Notes under the pieces: generated by a model
Seen by the model: only the letters and a program-made list of their open reading frames with translations
Databases searched by the model: none
Told to the model about the DNA's origin: nothing
Position numbers and translations under genes: made by a program
Assembly (NCBI GenBank): GCA_964016885.1
Contig: OZ024743.1
Coordinates: 308,512,001-308,576,000 of the forward strand
Source of the DNA: Eledone cirrhosa
Taxonomy: Eukaryota
Direction of reading: 5' to 3'
DNA length: 64,000 nucleotides
Shown here: positions 54,840 through 64,000 of the stretch, one piece after another
Position numbering within the stretch: position 1 is the stretch's first letter
Layout: every line of letters begins with the position of its first letter

Positions 54840-55465
54840 GCGGTGCATAGCTCCACTGGTACCCATTTTTTATGATGAGTGCACCTGCGTCGAAGTGACC
54901 ATGTGCCTTGGCCTCCGTGTCTGTGAGTCACAGAAATGCCACTGAACCATGGTCAACGAGTTCGGACTACATCCTCTCTTTTTGCTGACGCAGTGTAGGT
55001 CAGTTCGCTTAGCACGCCGTCCTGAGTTATATCATCAGAAAGAGCTTTGACGTGGTCAGTTTCTCATCACAGCTGTAGTCTGCTGACCTCCAACCATGCT
55101 GATGGTAAACACCCAGATAGATTTACTCCACTCAACGGGAAAATGGTTAATCTCTAAGTTGAGAAACTATATTGTAAAACGTTTTCAACTTTAATCTTAT
55201 CGCTTTGGCCACAAACTTGGGCATTGCCGACCGCAACACAGAAGAGCAGAAGCTATCCAAATACCAGGACTTTATCAACTGTCTTTTCGTGTTGGTCACT
55301 AATGAGATAGATATCAAGTGCCTTTCGCCCTCAGACTGACGTTTTCCTTCAAAAATTTTGGTGTGCATCCCGCCCGAGAAAGGAACCTTGTGAGGTGGAA
55401 TGGCTGAACTAGCAGGTGTTACTGGTTGTTCTGGGTGGCAGTGCTTTCACTAGGTTATCTTTGGA
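54840..55465 (+). mobile_element. Decayed 3' fragment of a CRE-like non-LTR retrotransposon (zinc knuckle plus restriction-like endonuclease)
   Basis: Across frames: MCLGLRVCESQKCH*TMVNEFGLHPL (54901), C*RSVGQFA*HAVLSYIIR, DGKHPD (55101), EEQKLSKYQD (55241), EVEWLN*QVLLVVLGGSA (55392). Order and spacing fit the CRE C-terminus. Confidence 0.7.
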
Positions 55466-55959
55466 GCAGAGAGGGTGGTAAAATCTGGGAGATGCACAGA
55501 GGTAGGAAGTAGTAAAATTCCCACTAAAATAAAGCTTTTTTTTCAATCCTAGGACGGCTCTATATAAGTAGTTGATAGCTTTTGTTACCCAAGTGGCTTA
55601 ATTAGTTGTGGAGGAAGTTGCTTTGAAAGTGTAGTAGTTTGAATAAGGACAGGATAGAAAAAGTTCAGGGTACTACCACTATTACGTCCGTTGTCAACAA
55701 AAGGTTGGCTTTGGGCAGAAGCGGTAGGGTGTCAGACAAAATACTTTGCAACATTTGTTCCGGCTCTTACGTTGTGTTCAGATCCTGCTGAGGTTAACTT
55801 TGCTTTTTATCCTTACGGTGTCAAAATAAAATACCAGTAACGCACTGGGGTACACTTAATTGACTTCCTCCGCTCTCAAATTGCTGGCCTTGTGCCTAAA
55901 TCAGAAACCATTATGTCTGCGTGCAAAATGCGATATTGCATGACAGTGAGCAGCTTCGA

Positions 55960-56250
55960 TGAATGTGTCATGTGATGCATGAATGGGCAAAGCATGGATG
56001 AGATGTGAGAGAAACTGGGCATAAAGAGGAATCAAATGTAGTGTGCTGATATAGACATGTGATGTTAGGTGAAGTGTCAGAAATTCCCAGTGGAAAGGAG
56101 TAGCAGTAGTGGAAGACTTGGGCAGATGTGAGATCGGATCTTAAAATGTTGAACCTCGCAAAAGGAGATAGCAGGAACATAATAAGTGGAGGGAGACTGT
56201 GTTTGAAAAGACTCGTCCAATCCATAAAAACAGGATGTAAAATGGATGTT
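55960..56250 (+). mobile_element. Short RTE 3' remnant
   Basis: Decayed LREKLGIRGIKC and KTW..V..DL, followed by a tail resembling the (GAT)n family. Confidence 0.6.
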
Positions 56251-57478
56251 TATATATATATATATATACATACACACCCACCCACACACACACGCGCGTA
56301 GCAGAGAGGTTTGTTCAAGCAAAAAGTAAACAGCTGATAAAAATGTTATATTAAGAATTAGACTATTTATAATAAAATAATAATAATTAGAACAAAAGAA
56401 ATAAGGTTAAGATAAAATTGGAAATGGACCGGTGGTGACTAATTTGACGGAATGTGAGTGTGGAGAAGAGGTGGTGTTTCTTGTATCTTGTGTTCCTGGT
56501 GATCACTAACTTTCAGACTACTAATGGTAACAATCTGAGAGTGTGTTAGGGGAAAGAGAGAGGGGGTACTTGTGAGTGTGTTAGGGGAGAGAGAGTGTGT
56601 GTGTGAGAGTGAGTTAGGAGCGAGAGTGTGTGTGTATGCGTGGGTTGACGGAGCAGAGACGAGTGAATCAGTCCAATACTATCACTATACTCTCTCTCTT
56701 CCCCAATGATACAAACTAGATTGAGTGCCAGCTTCGAGACGAGTTTTTTTTAACCATATTTTTATATGCAACTATATTTTAAATAACAAATTTATGTGTT
56801 TTCTATTTATAAAATAGTAGTTTCGATATTTATTAAATTGTACACCAAGCAGCCGAAGTATACGATAAATTCATATCTGTACACACCCATCTCTCTCTCT
56901 CTTTCCACACACAAACACACTATAGCATATTCATAATCTTTTACAATTTGATGTTTACATGTGTGTATGTATGCGTGTACACGCACGCTCTCTCTCTCTC
57001 TCTGGGAGTAAAGAGAGACGAAAATATGAAGAAGCAACCGGCAGCATTTATGTACTAAATACCACGCATCTATAAGAAAGAGCACACAAGTTTTGTTTTT
57101 AAATTAGGGTTTAAATGCCTGCCCTAAAGTGACATTTGGTGTTGATACTCTTAATCACACCCCAGTCACATTAACCTAGATAGGGCTTCGATATCGATTA
57201 TTTTTTTAATTAATTTATTTAACCGATGAATATAGTAAATTTAAGGAGAGAATATGATTCATAATTTTTTTCTTCATTTCCATTCCCTTTTCCTCTACTT
57301 CCGACTCCCCCCAAAGGAATTCTGTCATATTCATATGTTTGCACCATTGTGTTAATTACTTGCATTCATATCTCTTAACATAATATCTAGCTTCTGTATT
57401 GATTTCAAATACTATTGTTCTCCACAAAATAAAATGTGACTACGGTTTCCAAGAAATTTTTGCATATCAACGAACATA

Positions 57479-58170
57479 TTAAACCTTTCCGATATATTTC
57501 TCATGAGAGACACTGCTTATGATTTTGAAAATAATCAAGAATTTGGACGGCTTTAGTACTATTACTAAATTTCTCATTATTAAACTGCTGTTTGGAACAT
57601 AACTTACTATCGATTCTTACATAAAATTATAAGGGAAGGTTTTTAGATAAATATAAACTACCTTAAAAAAACAGATTTGTATGGTGGAACCAGGGGTGAT
57701 TTCAGATTTGGAATAAAAAGAGTTAAGCTGCTGTTTGGAACATAATCTACTACAGATTCTTACATAAAATTATAATTGTTTCTACTTTTGGCACAAGGCC
57801 AGCAATTACCCAGTGTATTACTGGTACTTTATTTTATCGACCCCGTAAGGATGAAAGGCAAAGTCAACCTCGGCGGGATTTGAACTCAGAATGGCAAGGG
57901 CCGTAACTCTATGCGTCAAAGCATGGCGTCCGACCCTCTACCGATACTGCAATGGAAGGTTTTTATATAAACACTCTAAAAATAGTTTTGTATTGTAGAA
58001 TCAGGGATTTGAAAATATGGTATCAAAAGGGTTAAGCTGGTGTTCAGAGCATGACTTACCAGAGATTCGTACATAAAATTATAATAGGTTTTTTTTATAT
58101 ATAAGCACCCTAAAACAAATAGTTTTGTATCGTAGGATTGGGTGATTTCAGATTTGGTCTCAAAAGGGTG
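57479..58170. mobile_element. TTAA-bounded element with its right part triplicated and a SINE inserted at 57775-57950
   Basis: Three gctg..gttt/c.ga.cat.ac...aaaag.gtt units, the first two closing in ttaa. Confidence 0.6.
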
Positions 58171-61100
58171 AGATTTTATATTGACCCCAACTCACTACTC
58201 AAAAAGAAACATTTTCTTTACACTGCATACCTTTTGGTTATTAGGTCAGCCCTGACTTGGCATATCCGAAACGTTCCAGTTGTGGATACCACACCTTTTT
58301 CTGGAGCATTAGAGTGTAACGATTTGGGAAATTAGGGGTTGTTTCTGTTAGTAGGAATTTGAAAGTGCACTAGTCCTTAATATCTTGGTTGGTCTTCAAC
58401 TTCATTGATATATACCCATTAGGTGGTAAATTAGCAGTCTTGTTAGAACATCGGATAGAATGTTCTGGCTCTTTACCTTTTTGAAGTCGATAAATAAAGC
58501 ACCAGTTCAATACAGGTGTAAATTTGTCCTCTATATCTCATTTCTGTGGAGGCTATCTGCTGTGTTCCAACCTGGAGAGGGGTGGTCTCTTCTAGGATCA
58601 AATGCCAATATGAGTCCATCAGGAATGAAAGGCATGGACTCCAAATTTGGTGGTATAAGTTAGCATTTCTGTGACATCTGCAGAGGTGATTGACAAATCC
58701 ACATTCAAAGACCAAAACCAGAGCAAAACTAAATATAAAAATAATAAAAAAAGCAATGAACAAACAAAATATGTTCATCACATATTCTTTATTTTATTTA
58801 TGAATCATAAAAAAGGAAAATGTCAGTCTTCATGATGTTATCGGCTAATACCTTTGTGTGAAATTTGAGATAGTGAGTAATTCAATGTCTTCTGAGAATC
58901 AAATATCTATTAATGATAGGAAAGGATAAGAATTAACAGTATTTATACAAAGAACATATCATTTTGCCCCCCCCCCCCCCCCCATAAATTCTCAACTAAG
59001 ATGAATTTCAATGTTCATAATTTAAATGAAATTTGAAAATAATAACGGCTGTAAATAGCTCAAAGTGGAGGTGTGTGGCTTAGTGGTTAGGGTGCTGAAC
59101 TTATGACCATAATATTGTGGGTTTGATTCTTGAGCGAAACACTTCATTTCATGTTGCTTCAGTATACTCAACTGAAAATGAGTTCCAGCAATAGCTGGGG
59201 GTTTAACCCTAATAATGGACTGGCGTCCTGTCCAGGAGGAAGTCTTGTACTCTCAGTTGGTTCACACCACGGAAACTGGGATCAGCGCCAGCCTAACGAG
59301 CTTCTGGACTTTAGACTTCTTTTAGAAATAGCTCAGAAAAAAAAAAAATTAGTTGATTTGTAACGTATGTTGCAAACTGTTATATTAATTGTGGTCTGTA
59401 TGTTATCATTTAATGTCTGTTTTCCCATGCTGGTATAGTTAACACAGTATTAGTCAGTCTATGGAAGCTAATGTCTCACATACACTCTAGTTTTCACGTA
59501 GTTTCTACATATATATATATATATAAATTCAAAATGACAAACAAACAAATGCAGGAGTCAATGGTACATAGTGTTATTAGCTTCATGCTTGGTGAGAAGG
59601 GGGGTGGGGTGGGGTCCGAGAGGTAGTGAGAAGGGGACTTAGCAGGAAAAACATGAAAGGACGGGAAAAATAGAAATAAAATAAATATACACACATACTG
59701 TAAACGTGGTTGGTGTTAGGAAGGGCATCCAGCTGTAAAAATCTCAGCCAAAATACAGTTCCATTTGAGCCAGGTCAATTGGATGTTAAATGATGATATA
59801 TATATATATAGGTATTGTGACGCCGATAGAGGGGCTCAGTCTTATAGAGGTTGGCACGCCACACACCACCTTTATCAGCGGGTTTGATGACAATATCATC
59901 GCAGTGTTGTGCTGGTGACATGACAAAAAACACCCAGTTGTTCCCTGGAAGCCATATACTGTGTTTTACATTAGAAATATGGTAGGGAAGGGGTTGATAA
60001 AAGATACAAAATAATATAGTTAGCTTCGATAACAGATGAATGTGAATGACATCGTTACTGAACAGTGATATATTGGTAATTAGTTTATTGATTTTTCAGC
60101 TAGTAAAGAATTTTTTTTCCTGTCGGTGTTAGTCATTGACAATTCCTGTTGAGTCAGAATGAGCAACTACCCTGAATGATATCAAACCCAAACGAATGTG
60201 TGTGTATATACATAACATATGTATACACACACATATGCACATGCACACATATATATTACACACACAGAAGTGGGCAGCAAGCAGGGATATGTGGCTAAGG
60301 AGTTCCCCTGGGTCTGTCCCACTGAAGCACAATGAGTAAATATCTACTATAGCCATGGGTTGACTAATGACTGTGAAAATTGGTAGACAGAAACTGCAGA
60401 AGCCCATTTGTGTGTATATATAATACATAAACATCTGTTCATACCAAACCAGCTCTGATTCTATGAAACAAAAAAAAAACACCTGTTTAAAAAGTTCCTA
60501 TTTTAAAATTTCCCAACATAATTTTATATAAAAACCATGTTAAATTAGTGACTTGATAATGAAAAAATCCTTTTCGTAAATCCATAAAAATGATTCATTA
60601 ATTAATTGAAATAGTGTATTCCATTAGAAATACAATCACGAAAGGGTTAACTCTTAGGCGATACAATATTGATTTCTTACATAAGCAAAAGGATTCAGAC
60701 TTGTAAGAAGTTGGGGAGGAAATAGAGGAAAGTGTGTTGATCATAACCCCCCCCCCCCCACACACACACACACTAGTTTTGTATATGAAATAGCTACAAC
60801 CAGGAATCAAAACTGGGTCAGAGAGTAGTTTGCTGTGAAGCAAGGTAAATTGAGGTGGAGGGGAAGCTGCTTCATAAGAAAACCTTTACAACAGTGGTTC
60901 CCCAATTTTTTTTATATTCTCAACATACTTAAGAACACACAAAAATATTTTGGCACACTTTTTACCTAAATTTGAAAATTTATTCAAAAAGACATTACTA
61001 TAGCATAGTGTAAAAATATTGATGATTAAAAATACGTAAAAAATATTTGTACATCCTTCTTTAATCAACAAATGGGACAAAAGAGTTATTTATTCATATA

Positions 61101-61319
61101 AGCATATCAAAGTAGAATTAAAGATAATTAAAAGTACATAAAATATATTTTTACTTTAGTTAATAAATGGAGCAATGTTTTCACTCTTAGTTTGTTTCCT
61201 ACTTTCACAGTTATATATGAACTTTATTACAAATTTCAATTTGTATTTTTCATATTTTGAAATTTCTCAACAGAAATAAAATAGTATCTCATGTGTCTAC
61301 AAGACCAAGAATTTAAACA

Positions 61320-62290
61320 TCATATTCTAATTGTATCTGTCTTGCTTGGGGTCTACTTCTGGTTGGTTTTACCCATAAAATCTGTTCAGCAATTCTTTCC
61401 TGAGACATTCTAACCATTTGCCCGTAATATCAGAGCTCTGATCTCTTAATTCGAAGAAGTGGCTCTACCTGGTGCAACTCTCTGATCTCCTAGCTAAGCA
61501 CTATCAAGTAATGTTACTCCAAAGACCCTTCAGAAGAACACCATTTTGGCTGCTTGTATTTGAGGTCTATGAATTAAGAATATACCTCTTGGCAGTACTC
61601 CCATGATTTCTCAAAGACCTGCTGCATTATATTTGGTTAGCTGTGCTCTGTTCAGGGTGAAAAACCACACTGTTCATCAGCTTGTTTGGTTTCGAAAATC
61701 TCCTTGCATCTCTTTGCCAGAGACTCAGCATATACTTTTGAAAATTGGGATTTTGACTTCCGATTGCCATTGCTTAGTTGCCTTTCCAGAGATTTAGGCC
61801 ACCTGGCATACATGAGTCAGCCAAAGAATACTATTTTAGGCTTTTAACATCTCTGGCCAAATTTTATCCTCCCCAGCGGGTTTGGGACATTTGAGCTCCT
61901 TAATTGCTCTTGTGACTTCAGCCTCTGGGAGATTAGTTATTGCTCCTAGTATGTACATCAAAAGATGCTGTTGTGATTGGATTTTAGAAATCAGCAAAGT
62001 ATTCTCTCCACCTCTCTGAAGAGAGAACCTCGATGTGTTCCTGATTGGAGGTATGGTGGACGGTCTGCCAGAACACTTTATTTGCTGATTTGAAGTTGGA
62101 TTCCAACTTAAGCCCAAAGTCCTCCCATGTCTTGTCTTTGGACATCTTTACTGTCTCTACTGTGACTTTTCACAGTTGCTTTTACTGCAATTTCAAGAAG
62201 GACTTGTTTTCAAGCTAAGTTTGTACACCTTTGTTAGGATGGTACCTTTGACTTGATTAAACAAAGGGAGCCCTCTGCACCTTGTATGCA
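61320..62290 (-). mobile_element. Decayed RTE/Expander-like LINE fragments
   Basis: EAEVTRAIKELKCPKPAGEDKIWPEMLKA and decayed C-terminal RW.G.V.RM...GRPR. A related 3' piece lies at 49880-49970. Confidence 0.75.
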
Positions 62291-62796
62291 TCGCAAAATG
62301 TATATGCCAGCATGGAAAAATGGTTGTAAAATAATGATTTTCATTTTAAAACAAAGATGAAGGCAATCAATCCACTTTTTTATGTTATGAAAACATGGAG
62401 GTATGTTGCATAATCTGCATATATCCAGTTTACAATAGGGGCGCCATATACCTGCATGTCGTCAGAGGCAATTGTGTTAGTGCCAAAAGTGGCATTAGCT
62501 ATAAAAAACAATGCCTCAAAAAGGATTGCATGACGGGTATGTAGTTTATCATGTGACTCGCCAATCTAATCCTTATTTTAGCAGGGAAAATGGCTTTAAA
62601 ATGTTTTTTGTTGGTATGTTACAACAAATTAGTAAAAAATAGTGATTTCTGGATACAGTACCTCCAAATTAATCAAAAAAAGATTTGTCAGCCAATACTT
62701 TTGTCCAGTGTAATGTTCACTCCTGATTACCATATTTCTTATGAAAGACTCAAGAATTTGGAAGGATTTAGTAATATCACTTTTTCTCTATTAAAC

Positions 62797-63227
62797 ATGG
62801 CTTAGTGGTTAGAGTATTGGGCTTGCAATCAAAAGGTTGTGAGTTCAATTCTCGGACCGGGTGATGTGTTGTTTCCTTGAGCAAGACACTTTATTTCACA
62901 TTGCTCCAGTTTACTCAGCTGTAGAAATGAGATGATAGGACTGGAGTCACTATCATTCCACTGCAAAGTGGTCGTGGAGGTGCCATGGCAAAAAAGCACC
63001 CAGCCCACACTGTAAAGTGGACGTGTAGGCTCCACGGAAAAAAAGCACTCAGCACTCACTGTAAATGAGGTTGGTGTTAGGAAGGGCATCCAGCTGTAGA
63101 AATAAAGCCAGAATCAGTTCCCGTATGAGCAAGACAAGGTCAGCCGACCGGACACTGCCCACAACAGGACAACCCGTCTAACCCATGCTAGCGTGGAAGA
63201 ATGGACGTAAAACGGTGATGATGATGA
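62797..63227 (+). mobile_element. Full-length copy of the same tRNA/CORE-like SINE
   Basis: Same A and B boxes and body as the 9502 copy; the 3' ~270 nt match the LINE 3'UTR at 45693-45965. Partial heads also occur near 8220-8330(-), 15610-15730(-), 19766-19860(+), 21030-21145(+), 22040-22165(-), 50980-51200(-) and 59070-59320(+). Confidence 0.88.
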
Positions 63228-64000
63228 GGAAGCTGGTGTTTGTAATATACCTTATTATACTGGTGTTTTGAACATAAGCAAATATTCTTACATGAAATTG
63301 ATAGAATATTTTTAGATAAATATGATGATGATGATAAATACTTTAAAGCAAACAGTTTTTGTATTGTAGAACTAAGCGTGGTTTCAGGCAGTTTAGTATA
63401 AAAAGTATTGAAATAAATAGAATGTCATAGGAAACCAAAAATGGAACTGTTATTGATATAATTCTTTAAATGTAAGAGATAATACAAAGTTAAATTTTTG
63501 CTCTTGGGTGAAAGAAATGAACATATCTGATTCCACTGTTATACTAAGAACCCCCCCCCCCCCCTACCTAAAAGAAAACACCAATAAAAATCTTATCTCA
63601 TGGCTAACTCAGTTTTTGTGATAACTGCAGCCAACCAGGAGGATTCTAGTCAAGATAAAATATGACCTCATTTCTCTTTATAGTTTATAACATCCACAGA
63701 TCCACAGTCTCACATCTAACAAGATAGAAATGGTTTTTAGAAATATTTTCAATACACAATTAAAATTAACATTATAATTAAATTACTGAGAGAGAGAGAG
63801 AGCATGCATGCATAATTCCTTTTATAGACATCTAATTTTTGCAAGTGAACTCATTTTAGAAATGCACAACAGGGGACAGTAATTATGAAATAAAACAGAC
63901 CCCTAGCTCAGAAGACTTAAACCTAAAGTTCCCCTATGTATGCTTCTTAGCTCAAGTTACTAGATAAAAGTATTCATAACTTATAATTTATAGAATCAGT

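Noticed and set aside
56300-64000. A second host gene at the right end of the window
   Set aside because: Only short low-complexity or repeat-derived ORFs were seen, with no chain of exons and no recognisable protein motif.

Overview
Repeat-rich, AT-rich animal genomic DNA. It is most likely an octopus or other coleoid cephalopod, inferred from kb-scale (TA)n arrays and CORE-like and Nin/Deu-like tRNA-SINEs; the species cannot be proven from the window. One host gene is well supported: GPAA1 (GPI transamidase subunit) on the minus strand, with 12 coding exons from 21694 down to 7453. These join in phase to 2157 nt (718 aa plus stop). Its intron 8 has a U12 (minor spliceosome) donor and branch point and appears to end in non-canonical AT (GT-AT). 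The rest is mobile DNA: a frameshifted Helitron (1-6320, minus), several RTE-clade LINE remnants, a ~600-bp bipartite RTE-derived element (one solo copy and a tandem array), a decayed CRE-like RLE retroposon, two SINE families, MITEs, minisatellites and about 8.6 kb of (TA)n-based arrays. The most notable observations are the GT-AT U12 intron, two Penelope-type minimal hammerhead ribozyme motifs in opposite orientation upstream of the GPAA1 coding exons, a 72-bp palindrome joining two Helitron 5' ends through CTAG|TC junctions, a twin-primed (5'-inverted) RTE insertion with an 11-bp TSD, and a triplicated splice donor. Repeat boundaries were read by eye and are approximate.
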